DNA of 64,000 nucleotides from Trichoplax sp. H2. Its lineage: Eukaryota. Every line of letters starts with the position of its first letter. The stretch's first letter is position 1. The notes under the pieces are model-generated. The model ran no database searches and had not been told where the DNA came from. It worked only from the letters and a program-made list of their open reading frames with translations. Position numbers and translations under genes: made by a program. Positions 1-20,822 of the stretch are shown here, piece after piece. The stretch covers positions 62,001 through 126,000 of the forward strand of contig NOWV01000011.1 in assembly GCA_003344405.1 (NCBI GenBank). The letters run 5' to 3'.

Positions 1-6450
<6,450 letters not shown>

Positions 6451-9109
6451 ATCGTGATGACTGAATGCTTACTGTAGAGAAAACGAGTTAAATAGTTTAC
6501 GTTGTATAACAACTTAGTATTTGAGAAATTAGAGGGAGTATTTTTTGATCAGATTTTTGGATTATATATTCGTTGCTACGATAATTAGTCAAAGTCTGAA
6601 GACATTTTTGAACTTCGTGCACGTGAACTACATGTGTAGTTTGCGTATGGAATTTGAGAAAGATGCTAGCACTTACCATTTTGCATACATGTATTGGAGT
6701 AAAACAGCTAAATAATGTAATTTTGTGAAGTACTTGCAAGGCAGAGGAGCTCTAATTATGCTATTATAACCTAATATAATTCTTTACCTGCAAATGCCAT
6801 AGCAAAAGGAAGCAAGAAAATCTTGCTTTCAATGTTTGCTGTAATGTCAACTTTTTCTTAGCGGATATCCGATCCTTTTCTAATAACTATAATTATTGCT
6901 GTACATTTTCAGTTTATAGAAGTTTGTATTTAAGCTTTATATAACTTACTATTTTTTTACAAGACTATTACAAATATTTTATTGATCTATGTGAAAGATT
7001 TCGCTTCATTTCTAAAATTGAAATATTATCTCTGAAATACGGTATTACATCTACCCCTTACCTTTTACGCTATGCGAGCTGATAAATAATTTATGAATGC
7101 TACAAATTATGTATAATATAGATATGCGATATAGTATTCCCTCTTAACATATTTAACTCGCGTATACGTACGCGTATATATTTAATGTATACCTAAATAA
7201 ATGTAGCGTGCTATAGTAGTAGTGTGTTGTAGAGTAAAAATCGTCTGTTCTTGAAAACTTCTTGTTCAAAATTTTCTTAAGCTTAATACTTATGTATTGG
7301 TTAAAGGTCATGAACCTTTTAATATGCGTATTACCTATGCGAGAATACACACAGTATAACTTATTGTAGAATCGATTACGCAAATCTTTACATCTTTTCA
7401 AATAATCTTTGATACCAATATTAAGAAATTTAATTATTGCTGATTTTTATTGTGTGATCCACTAAACTTCATAAGTAAATATACTAACTATAACATATTT
7501 AGCGTTTTATAATTAACTGTAACAACCATAAGAGCAATAAAATGCAATTAGTTATCCCGTTTGATAGCTTCAATGTAAATACACAATATCAAAAAGAAAA
7601 ATATTATGTTGTTATAATTTATACTCCGTACTGTGGTTGACTAGCTGCAGCCTATTAAAAATATTAACTACTTTTTGAGGTCGACTGAGGATAGGATAGT
7701 GATCTACCTTTCTTTGAGTATAGTTTCGCTTGATTATAATTGTAGGAGCATATTCAGCGATAAAAGCCATTATGTCGATGCTTATCGTCAGCATAATTGG
7801 GCTAGTTATACACGCATCGTATGATGGAATCCTGTTCACGTTTATCACTATGCAATCATTGCTTCTATATCCGTATTAAATGGAATTTCAGAATTGATGA
7901 TTGACTAAATGGCTCAATTTATACCTATATCATGTAGTTGATTGCTTATTAGAATCACGCTTTATATTCTATTCATATATCATATCAACTTTTTTAGGCT
8001 GTGCCATTACCGTAAACTTTTAGATCTACTTAATGCGTACAACAATCATTACTCCGCGATATTGCACTTTCCTGATGATCGTGAAAAGTTATAGTTATAT
8101 ACTTGTACACAGTGTCTAATATTAGTCAAACTCGTCTTCATCATGAAATGCTTCTTTTGCATTGTCATCAACGAAAGAAGTATACGTGTTAGGTATTGAA
8201 ATTTGCTAGATGATTAGCTAGCTATTTAACTAGACTGCTGGCAAGCTTGGCTAAAAGAGCTATGAATTTTAGCTAATATCCTACATAAACAAAGACCTCT
8301 TCGTATCTTTTCCTCTAGCTACGATATCATTCTAATTTGCTAATCTATAGTTTGATCATAGAATAAATGCAATTTTTTAGTAATATCATGTTAATAGACA
8401 GCGACTACAGAGAGCACTTGATAAGAACTTATTTTATAGCTATTACACTATGCATAGTATCATTTCTGCCATAGAATAGCAATAACTACAGCATCGAATG
8501 AGCATAGATTTCCTGATTCTCTGAACTTTATATTTAGACATGGATTATAATTATTAGAGTAGATTGTCCATTTTCAGATCACAGGGTCCAACTATTAGCT
8601 CGAGTCTATCTAGAACTAGAAGTTTTTCTTTTTCTATCCAAATGATCCAATCTAGGTTTATACAGACACACGGACAATCAGACGTACGCGATACGGTACG
8701 CGGCACTGTGCCGCAAACTACAGTACTGTACTGTACTGTACATTGTAATTACTACAGAGACACTGTAGCACATACTGTAGATTGTTAGCTGCAGCATGAC
8801 AGCAACCTGGTGTTCAGAAATTTGCAGCCGCTATTGCTCCCTCATCGCTACAAACGTCCTTGAATTATTAGCTTATATTAATATCTTTATTTCCATTTAT
8901 TTCCAAATAGAGTGAATAGGCTGTAATTATTGCATATTTTGGCTATTGCTAAGGGCTGTACGATCTTAATACTGCAGCTTACGACAGCTAAAGTGGTATA
9001 CATAAGCTTTAACTGAGGGTTAAGGTACGAGTCAATGCAAGACCATTTTAAAGGTACGTCAATTCATAAATTTTATTGCAAACGTTGAGGCCGACTCTCT
9101 AACTGTGAC

Positions 9110-12100
9110 ATGGCAAGAAAGAGACGAAAGTACTTGCCTTGCAAGACAGCAAGCAAAGAAAGCGAAAGCAAGGGTAATGATACCAGCCAAAAGAAGAGAC
9201 AAGATACTACTGCAAGTGTGCAGCTGGACAGTAACATCTTCCTGCAGCAAAAGTCTGCAACTGACGACGATCCCAATCGTGACAGCAACGCTTTATTATT
9301 ACCTGATCGACAGAAGAAGAAAAATCCAACCCAAATAGTGGCAAAAACTAGTAAAAAATTAAGTAATAAACAACGTAAACGACTAGAGAAGATTGTTGAA
9401 GGAAAGAAGAAGAAAGCTAAGGTGACATAATATACTCCATAAACGAATGCATGGCTCTGATTAATGAGGATTATGAACAACATTTAAATCCTAGAGGTTT
9501 CTCAATCCCTTGTAGAGTATATTTAGTTTAAGTATGTCATCGTTATGCAAATTGCAATTCTGAAATTCTTTAGGATAAAGCTTCATGTATAGGTTATCGT
9601 ATAAATGCATATTGTATATTTAAAGACTATTTCACAATAACTACAAGTAGGACTCACTAGCAATTAGAGCCATTAGCTAGCTCAGCCTTTGACAATACGC
9701 GTATAACCCTGCTTGAAACATGTACTCGCTTGCTAAATGAATCCGTTAAGCGATGCAATAACATTTCTTGATATTTCATATAAATATTTCTGGAATACAG
9801 TATGTTACTTTGAGATAAGTAATGATCAACATAAGGTTCTAAAATTTAAACGTCTTGATATGTGTTAAGTTTCGATAACAATACATGTCGTTTGTTGTTA
9901 TAGAGAGCGGAATTACTTAAATCATTAGCCAAGTATACTATCAATCAAGAGGAATTGCAAATGTATCAATCTACGGCTAAATTAAATAGGTAAATTTATA
10001 ATACTATATGTAACTCTGGCCAATGTTATGAACTAACCATTTTATTAAATTTAAATTCAGTAAACTTTTCAAGAGGAAATCTGCAGATGCAGAGGAAATG
10101 ACTGCTAAGAAATTACGAAAAGATTGGATCAGGACAAATACTAATGAAGATGACGAAGAAATAACTGACGATTCTTCTGTGAATGATGATAGTGACAGTG
10201 ATAGTCAAATAGATGACGATAACAGTGACGAAGCAATTCAGCCAAATGAAAATGAAAATATATCACCATCTGAAAAACCATCGCAAGCTCTTGATATTAA
10301 GCCTAAAGAATTAGACGAACCGACGAAAATTATGAAATCCTTACCAACAACCAAAGACGATTCGAAAAGTGTATTTATTACAGTTGACAGAGATACAGAT
10401 ATTCAGGTTCGCTTAATTATATATATATTTATATATATATATATACTGTAGCCAGGTGTCGATAAATAATCTTACCTTCATCATATTACGGAATATTGGA
10501 TGTGTATTATTTCTGTAACATAGGTTGCCCGCCTTCAGTTACCAATTCTTAGCCAAGAAGATTCTATTATGGCGGCTATTAAAGAGAATCCAGTAACAAT
10601 TATATGTGGTGAGACTGGATGCGGTAAGACAACTCAAGTCCCGCAATTTTTATATGAATATGGTTTTACTTGTTCTAGCGATGGAAGGTAAGTAATCCAT
10701 TAATTATTCATTGATAACTAAATATAGTTTTAGTTATTGTCTGCCTGTGACAGCCTTATTTCTTGCATTGCTACAAATTAATACATACCCATTTCCATAT
10801 CTAGTGATACCAAAGCCATGATGATTGGTGTCACCGAACCGCGACGTGTTGCAGCTATCAGTGTATCTAAAAGAGTTGCTGAAGAAATGTCAATGGCAAC
10901 AAGGTTAAAATTTGCACTAAATTAAAAAGATTATCAATGCGTTATTGTATGGTAATAATATATTGTTGTATTACGACTACTGCTCGATACTACTGTTTTA
11001 GTATAGCACAAAGATAAGACAATTTTATCATTCAGATTTATTTAGCACTTTAAATGCTTAGAAATTCTATACTTACAATTAGAATATAGAATACTTATTC
11101 ATAACCAATTCATAACCAATAGCAACCATCAATCATTTTCGTGCTCTAAGACAGATCTTAATCAAAATTAGGCTTATATTAAAAGTCTAAACCACACATT
11201 ATTTTGCAATCATACCTTTAGAGCTATTTTCATATATTATAATAACCCTTATGTTATTAGCTGTTTTACTTGATAAAGTTCTCATGGTTGCATTTCATTT
11301 GATCTACCCTCAATTTTTTTCTATACGTTCGTGCAGCCAAGTCTCTTATCAGATCCGTTACCAAGGGAATGCAACAGGTATGGATGATTAATCATTGCAT
11401 CATGAGTCATGACACAATGCCAATTCAAAACCTCCCGTGAAATACGAGTAAACACTCATTTGTTTATATCAGCAAATTCGTCACTTAATTACATCATGTA
11501 TACTACAGATGACACCAGAATTAAATTCATGACCGATGGTATACTATTAAAAGAAGTTGAGAAAGTAAGCATCCCAAACTGTGTATAATCTTTTGTACTA
11601 GAAGTCAAATTACGTAATAAATTTAATAGTATCATTAATAGCTCGATATACCTCATTTCTATCTAACTTTTCCATGCCTGATGCATATCTTATGCATAAC
11701 CATATCACACTAGAAATGATTACTATTTTTTGCCTTTGCATTGCAACTGTGTAGGATTTTCTTCTAAAGAAATATGCTGTCATTGTTCTTGACGAAGCTC
11801 ATGAACGTAGTGTATTTACTGACATCCTTATTGGTTTGCTATCACGGATAGTACCTCTTCGAAATAAAGTATGAAATAACAATATATATATGTATATATT
11901 AAATGATTCTCATTAATCCGCATTTATTTTTGGTCGTATTGGTGAATATTAGAAAGGAATACCTCTAAAACTAATTATCATGTCAGCTACATTAAGAGTA
12001 GCGGATTTTAGCGAGAACAAAAGGCTCTTCCCCATTCCACCTCCAGTGGTCAAGGTATGTACGTCTGTTTTGTTGCATAATATAGCCTACATAGTGCAAT

Positions 12101-15100
12101 ACTCTAAAGATTCTTATAGCATTCATTCTATATCCTTCTTAACGTTATGCAGGTGTACTTACTTAACGCTAACAGGGTTTTAATTTAGAATGATGCCTAC
12201 AGCTTTGATGAACTACTTTTACATTGAGGTGTAATTCAATGTATGTGTACCTTTCTTAATATTTTAGGTAGAAACGAGGCAATATCCTGTTTCGGTTCAT
12301 TTTAGTAAGAAGACGCCAGAGAATTATGTTGCAGAAGCATATAGAAAAGTTAGTAAATTGAATCAGCGATGATTAATTACAGTTGGAATCGATATGATTG
12401 CGATAATTCTTGTAGGTATGTAAAATTCACCGACAATTAAAAGATGGTGGTATACTAGTATTTTTAACTGGTCAAGCGGAAATAAGTGCATTATGTCGTA
12501 AATTACGTCGAACCTTTCCTGAATGCAGCAAAATCAATGAAACCGATACAACAGGTAGTATTTTAGTACTGACTTGTGCAATTCCCGTGGTTATTTGTTT
12601 ACTGTTAAAATACCGTAGGTGGTTTTTGTTCTTAATTACTACCAAGCTAAGACTATAAATTATATATAGAAAACGTCTCCCGGAGAGAGGACGATAGTGA
12701 AGAAAACTTAAAGTATGTCAGTTATTAGGTCTTGCATTATGATATATTTCGTACGATATAAAATACTTCTGTTACTGAAGCACAGTAATATCCTACTACC
12801 GCACAATATATCATAGGAAAAATACCTCCCCTCCAAAATTAGAAGATCGAGACTGCGAGATTGACTGTGTCGATGATTTATATGACAATGAATTGGCCAG
12901 TGATGACGATGAAAGCCAATCAGACGATGTAACATTTATGCTATGGAATAACTGTTCGTCTATTTGTTAAAATTAATGGATTGTGCAACTAAAATATTAA
13001 CCTCTACTATCAGGATGTTCCACAAGCAAATGATTCAAATCTTCCCTTGTATGTTCTTCCCTTGTTCTCGTTACTTAGCGGAAAGAGACAAAGTTTGGTA
13101 AGCCTTTGTAATATAGTTATGTATGCGTCTATCCGTAGATATACAAATGTGTCATTTTAAAAATGTCTATCTTCGGTGAATGACACATCATATAATAGTT
13201 ATGCATCTTTTATAGAAATTAAAGAGATCGTTATTACGTTGAAACCAATAAAATATTTTGGTGTAGGTTTTCCAACCTCCTCCGGAAGGAACAAGACTAT
13301 GTGTTGTAGCTACGAATATCGCAGAAACATCAATTACAATTCCAAATATTAAATATGTGGTCGATTCTGGAAAGGTTCATATTGATTGATCATCTATAAT
13401 ACGTTCCAAATTCCATAATTGATATATCTAATCACGTACTAAAATCGTTGTTAATACTGTATATCAGGTTAAAAGACGATACTTCGATAAAGTTACTGGA
13501 ATTTCATCCTTTGTGTAAGAAATTTTTTTCGAAATCAGATAGTTTTATGAGACAAAAAGGATATCTTATTTATATTCCCTTGTGCAGTGTTACCTGGACC
13601 TCGAAAGCATCTGCAAACCAAAGAGCAGGTAGAGCAGGAAGAACTGAACCTGGACACTGTTATAGGTAGGTGTTGCAGTTTAAATATGAAAGTAGTACTC
13701 AAAAAAGTTTCTTATCTATATCGAGTTTGGAATCATTTCGAGTAAAAATTTTATCAAGCTTATCAAATGACTTTATTCTACATTATTAATAATAGATTAA
13801 AAATTTCTAACATTTTTTAAATTTACTTAGACTATACTCTTCGGCTATATTTAACAATGAATTCGACGACTTTTCGCCACCAGAAATGATTAGGAGACCA
13901 GTAGATGACCTGGTTCTACAAATGAAGGTTAGATTTTAACTTCCGGAAACCGTTAGTAGGAACTAGCAAGATGATAATTATTGCAATAATATTCGTTTCG
14001 ATAAGTGATTATTCGTAGAAATTAAGAAATCAATTTTTACGGTTTCATATTGTAGGCTATTGGAATCCAGAAAGTAATCAATTTTCCTTTTCCTACCTGT
14101 CCTGAAAGAGAAGCTTTACAGGTTTTTAGCAATTGATCAACAGATTTGGTCATTGCAAATCTGATCTCGTTATGATACTTGGATTAATGTTAGGCTGCCG
14201 AGCAACTTTTATTCAACCTGGGATCTTTAGAAGACAAAAGCAATAACACAAGTATATATAAATTCTTATTACTGCTACTATACACGCATTAGAATTGGTT
14301 TGTTTAAATGGGCTGTGTTAATTCTAAATGATGAAACTTCATTTTTGCATTAGAAAAGAGCTATTCAATAACAAGCTTAGGCAAAGTTATGTCTCAGTTC
14401 CCGGTAGCTCCGCGATATGCTAAAATGTTGGTTATTAGCGAACAATATGGTTGTTTGCCTTACGTAATCACTCTTGTTGCAGCGTTAACCGTAAAGGTAA
14501 AACTGAAACTTTCTAGCATATTTATTTAGAATTTGAATCTTTATTTATACCACGGGTTAGGACATTTTTTTCGATATCGATGAAATAAGTCAAGATTCTT
14601 CAAAACAGGTAAGTAACAGTATTATCATAAGAAAACTGGTAAAATAGGCGCTACAATAATTTAGGAATATGTTTTAAAATAGCGTATCTCTATTACCTAG
14701 GATCCCGCAATAATTGCAGCTAAACTTCGAATAAAGCAAACGAGAAAAGTATGGGCTTCTGAGGTTGAGGCAGATATCTAATTTTTACTTAATCAATAAC
14801 AATTATTTCTATATACTCTATACTATAATTGTATTAATGTCTTTTATCGTACGTTAGGGTGCAAAATGTTTATTGGGAGACTACATGGTGTATTTGCGTT
14901 CTGTTGGGGCTTCAGAATATGCTAAAAATAGCATTGATTTTTGCGCAAAGACTGGACTAAGATACAAAGCGATGACAGAAATACGAAAGCTTCGTGTACA
15001 ACTAACTAATACTGGTTTGTTATTGATATACTTGAGCTTATCAAATTGTAAAGTAATGCCATGATCTGTTCTAAAAGTTTTTTTGTATGATTTGTAAACA

Positions 15101-16647
15101 AATTTGGTATGTCTTACATAGTAAATGGCATAAACTCGTCTTCTAATGAATGCGTTGATCCAAAGATGCCTCCTCCAACACAGATACAGGTATATATCAG
15201 GTTTCAATCCTCAAACCGAAGCGACTTGATTGCAACCAATTTGTCACTAAAATTTGTCATTCAAAATTTAGTGCAATCTCATTCGCCAGATTATCCTTGC
15301 TGGCATGTGTAATTACGTTGCAAGGTATTCTATTTCTAATTTTATCATAATCTCGAACATTTACTACTGGAAATTTACTTATAAAAAATTAAACTACTTT
15401 AATAGGAAGGTGCCAGCAGAGGGAATCAAGGATCCTAAAATGAAAGATGCTTATCAAGTTTGTTTTATATCTTCTATTGCTATTTACTTATAAGTTAAGC
15501 ACATCTAATAATTTAATTATTACAGAGTTGTTTAACCAACGATTGGGTATATATACATCCTACGTCATCGTTATCGAATCAATTGCCAGAGTTTGTAGTT
15601 TATCAAGAAATTTTGGAGACTAAAAGACTATATATGAAAAGTAAATTTCTTACGCTTATCAACTTGGATTGTTATAAATATTTTTAACGTAGCAGATGAG
15701 TTTGCTAAGAGTTCAATTTATAATTGCGTATATAAAGCGTATACAATAATACAAAATTTTTAATTTTAAAGACGTATGTGCTGCACAGCCCGACTGGTTT
15801 CCTAAACTATTGCCAAGCCTTTGTACATTCTCAAAACCGTTAGATGATCCGCCTGTTCGATATGATACAGATAGTGGCAGGATTAAATGTCATATGTCGT
15901 GCACATTCGGTAAACGGATTCAAGAAGTTAATTCAATCTCAACGAGATACTAATTTGATGCTGTACATATTATCTAAGGTCCTCAGGCATGGCCAATCCC
16001 ACCAGCTGAAGTAGATTATCCAGAATCAATCGAAAAATATAAATGGTTTGCTGTATTCTTATTGGATGGGAAAGTAAGGAAGCACCTATAATTTACTTCA
16101 TCATATCTAAAACTATTGATTATTAATCAACATTTGCACATTATATAGATATTTCCAAAATTGTCCGCATATTCATCAAAGCTCCTGAGCTCTCCGAAAA
16201 CAATGGTAAAAAGTTGGGCAAAGTATGTTTATTGATTCATCAAATTATCGTGCAAACTTTTAAATAGTTTTAATATACATGTACAACTTGTCTGTAGTCA
16301 TTCCATCGAAGAAAACTATTAAGCATAGTGTAATTTATAGGCTGCAGCCACGAACTGAATCATTACTTCAAGCATTAATACATGAGAATATAGCTACACG
16401 TGACTCTTTAGCAGAAAAGTGGAAAATCAAACCAGACTGTAAGTGATTATATTTTTTTATTTTTATTGGTATTGTTTATGGATTTTCGTTACTCGAAAAT
16501 TGCAATATCGCTATAGTGCAAGACATTTGAAAATTCTTAATAAACACTTCAATAATAGATCTATTTGATGTCTATTCGAGATGGTTACCGCAGTCTTATC
16601 ATGAGGAAGTAATATCGATGTGGCCGCCTGTTAAGACAGACGAATGA
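9110..16647 (+). CDS. DHX37: DEAH-box RNA helicase DHX37 (Dhr1/kurz; small-subunit biogenesis), multi-exon
   Basis: The N-terminus has DSNALLLP...[20 protein letters not shown], typical of DHX37. Helicase motifs: I GETGCGKT (~10608-10631), Ia [14 protein letters not shown] (~11790), III SAT (~11983) and [10 protein letters not shown] (~13619). HA2/OB regions follow, and the C-terminus is WAKLQPRT...WPPVKTDE* (TGA 16645-16647). Confidence 0.93.
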
Positions 16648-18670
16648 ATCTGCTCAACGGCAATGAAAACGTCGACTTTAAAACTATTTCACCAATAATA
16701 GTTATATATATGTACATGAAGTATGATTGCTGACCCAGGGTAATAAATTGTAGCTGCTGCTATTAAAGCATTGTCAATATCCGCGATATCAAAGGCAATT
16801 AAGTGATTGTACAAGTGCATATTTTAACTGCTTGTCCACCCACGTCGGTACAATTTATTAAATTTAATTGTGTAAATATAGCATTTTTTATGTCTATGAT
16901 CAATATCTATCTGATGAAAGTAAATAACACTATATTCCTGATTTTATCTTGCATTACACAAGTTAAAGATTCTATGATGTCTCTTTACAACAGCAGTAAC
17001 ATTATATAATTTACTTTCGCCGCCAAAAGTGATTAAATTTATCATATACATATTGTTTTAATAAATTGGACACACAAGATCTTCGCTATCAGTATGATAT
17101 TACAAATAATGATCCCATTTACTGATGTTATTGCACTAAGCTTTGAGGATTAATGGTAATGTATCGTATGTTTGAAACTTTAGAGAAGATATCATCATTA
17201 TTATGCAGGGACCATATTAATGAGCTATTGATCAATATCATACGAACAATGAATACATACATGCTGGCTAATATAAGAGTAACCATGGTAACCGATACTA
17301 TAGCAGTTGATATAACAATACTTTATATAGTATTCATTATTTAGTATCAGTAGGTCGAAATTCTTAGTCAGTGACCACCTGTGATTCTAAATAATTTTAA
17401 AATCAAATTTAAATCTTTATCCATTTATATACTATTAATATTATCAACATATTACTTGATCACTAATTTACGGTTAGATTGCCATACATATATAACTTGC
17501 ATCGAAAATCGCTGTATCACTGTACATCATTTACAGTAGTTACAACATCCAATAGATATATATAATGATTGATCGTTTATTTAAACCATAGATAATCATT
17601 ACAATATTACCTCAGTAACACAGTTAGGCTTCCGCACGACTGTAATAAAGCATGATGATAAAATAACGTTAAACTTCCCCTATTATCTATATCCGTCTCT
17701 AATTTCTAGGTTATGATCCGATCCTGTAAAGAATTTTCATAGGAATTTATTAAGATTGACGATTTATATTTAAAATATAAAGAATGTAAAAATAGTATCC
17801 TAGGTAGAGCAAACACCAGCATTTTTTAATCTTATACTTTATAATCAATCAAACAGAAAGGAATATAAATACTCATTACAGTGTTTCCTAAATAACAATA
17901 TCTGAAACATTCTTCGTGGTGATGAACATGTAGAGTATATTTTTAAAAACTATATATGGCTAAACTACGAAGTTAAGATTATTTACTTGTAGCCATTTTT
18001 AAATATATTTAATATATTTTTATTTACCAAAACTAAGGGTTGATCAACAATCTGCATAGTTAATGTCGTAAATCTTTACATCAATAATAGAAGTGTAAAT
18101 TCAACAGGTATGTAAGAATTTTATCTCTTTGATTTAGCTAGTCACGAATAGTATTTTTATTAACCAAATTATCGACACTCAATGTTGAAGAAATGAAGCT
18201 CAAATTAGATATAGATGCTCCATTTGAAGACAGTATGATTATAGACAAGTTAGACTAATTCTCGTCCAATCTATCGTGATAAAGGGTAGTTGAGAATCAA
18301 AAATCATCCAAATAACCAGAAATAAAAACTGTTTATTCATATGCATTATAATACAAAATATAGAGAACCTCTTTCGTGCCTTGTCTTTGTTTAGTTCCAA
18401 GATGCCTATGCATTAAATAAAATGATAACAATAAGAAGAAAAACTACAATTATTCTATCCATTAATATTTTTAACTAAGCATAAAAGTACAATACTTAAG
18501 TCCAACGGGGATACTATTCATATAGAATAGTTTAATATGTTTATTAAGAGTATTGACGACGCAATAGTTGTATAAAGATCGCTCAACAAAACGTTAAAGT
18601 ATACTTTGGATACAAGTTTTACCGGGCCATAAATCTAGATAACTTTTCCACCGTTCTCAAAATTGCCGAT

Positions 18671-20822
18671 ATGCCTAAATATATATTGCACTATCTTGAC
18701 ATAGACGCCAGAGCTGAACTTATTCGGCTTATTCTTGCTTATGACGATATCCACTTTAAAGAAATTTTGTACAGTTTTGAAGAGTGGCCAACAGTTAAAG
18801 GTGAAGACTGATATTAGAATAGAAGTACAGCATTTGCTAGATTAGTCTGTAATATGAACACTAAATTATCTGCCTTATAAAAATTGATCCGAATGAGATC
18901 CATAGCAACATCCAATATATTTATAACATTTACTGTTACAGAAAAATTTCCATATGAGACAGTGCCTGTCTTAGTGATGGATGGTAAAGAGGTCGCTCAA
19001 AGTGGAGCTATTACTCGATATCTTGCTCGTGTAGCTGGTAAGCAATTCGTACTTTTAATAGTCTTTCTCATTAGATTGATTTCGAAATTTTTATAATTAA
19101 AGCAATTGATAGTTTACATCTCAATGATAAATAGGTATATAAAGATATAATCAATCTTACAGAATTGTACGAGTATCTCGACTTAAATTGAATTTCTACA
19201 GTTATATAAATCATAATGAACTTGTTACAGGAATCAATGGCAAAACCACAACGGAAAAAGCAATGGCTGATATGTACGTTGATACTTTTATCTACGATAT
19301 CGTTGAGAAATCTTATAGTTTCCGTCTTCCTGCCCTCGAACCAGATGAAGAGAAAAGGGTAAGCATCAAGATAAAATCTGATAGAACTGCTGTTTGTAGA
19401 ATCCTTAATGTTAAACTTTGCTCAATAATTTCAGAAAGAAAAAGCTCAAGAATTTCTAAAAGAAAAGCTAATTCCATTTTTGGACCAACTGGAGGAACTC
19501 TACAAGAAGAATGGAGGAGGGCCTTGGTTTTGCGGTGAAACTGTATGTTTTTAATTCTAAAGTATTTCTGTTATGACATGATAAATGGTTACACATAATC
19601 TCATCGAATGATATGTTTAGAAGTAAGATCATCACTTAAATTGATATCGATGATCAACTTTTAATTGCTAATATCTTATGTACGCGTATTTCTGTATTAC
19701 GATTAGAACAATTTATTTCATCAGTCATATGATATAGGAGTAGTTAGATTAATGCTCTTATTATTTTGAAAATTCTTATTTTGTATTAGTTCATTTCTGT
19801 ATACCGTAACCATAACAGCACATTAATTAAAGTACTATAGGCAGAATATAGATATGATAATCTATTATGGCTCTGCTTGCACTCGTAGTCACTCTATAGG
19901 TATTACTATCGCAAAAAAGATCACAAATACTCCCGATTAATAGATTCTATGATAGACATATTTTCGGTATAATAAGATAGTAGGAGGAATAGATCTAGAA
20001 CATATATACCGTAGTATAAAGGTCATATAACTGCTGGTTAATCGATTGCGTACATTTACAAATACCACAAGATGCTATCTACCGACTATTGATAGTATAA
20101 ACTGCAGATCATATAATTTCTAGAAGATTATACCATATGTGACATGCATATTTTATCATTAAGCTATATTTAGATGTTGCATGTATTCAGACCGAGTCTA
20201 TTTTCATTCAATTTACCTGCATATGACGAAAAGATAAAAAGATTTTCGAATTATCATTATGCATAACGCCGAACTCTATCCTTTAATAATAGTGAACTGT
20301 TTACATTCAAACTGATCTTAAAATTAATTTAAAAAAAATATGGTATTCCAAATAAATAACGAATAATTTTTTCTAGCTCTAGCGCAGGATTAAAATTATC
20401 CTCCAGTGCCATTACTATAATGCGTATTAATACAGCTAATATCAATTTATTATCTACTGGTCTCTAAAATCAAGTTATTAAACAGTAAAATAAATCATTG
20501 TTTAATTACTTCGTAATCTGATGTATATGACCAGTAAATTTTAATGTAATAGAATCCGATTAATTAGGGATTTCTTAACAGTTACGTACGATATGTATTC
20601 TTACCGTATGTGAACGATCGTAATAATGTACAATTCTTGGATTTTATACAACAGTTCACTTATGCCGATTTGGCCTATTTTCGCATGGTTAACAATGTTC
20701 ATGACCTAGTCATGCAAGTTCCAACACCTCATCCTCATCTTCAAGAAAACTACGAACGTACGGCAAACATTCCTCGCATTGCAGAATACCAAAAGAATAA
20801 GAAACAAGATCGGATCATCTAA
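18671..20822 (+). CDS. Cytosolic glutathione S-transferase, sigma-like (GST-A), 5 exons, 209 aa
   Basis: Exons 18671-18800, 18942-19037, 19231-19358, 19435-19542 and 20655-20822 total 630 nt in frame. They encode [20 protein letters not shown]..., FPYETVPVL...QSGAITRYLAR and GETFTYAD. TATA-like TATAAA at 18571. Confidence 0.9.

Noticed and set aside
9059..9483. Hydrophobic antisense ORFs over DHX37 exon 1
   Set aside because: These are shadow frames of a Lys-rich coding exon.
10608..10631. DHX37 Walker A GETGCGKT as an inactivating change
   Set aside because: Cys at this variable position is common in DEAH/RHA helicases, and the GKT core is intact.
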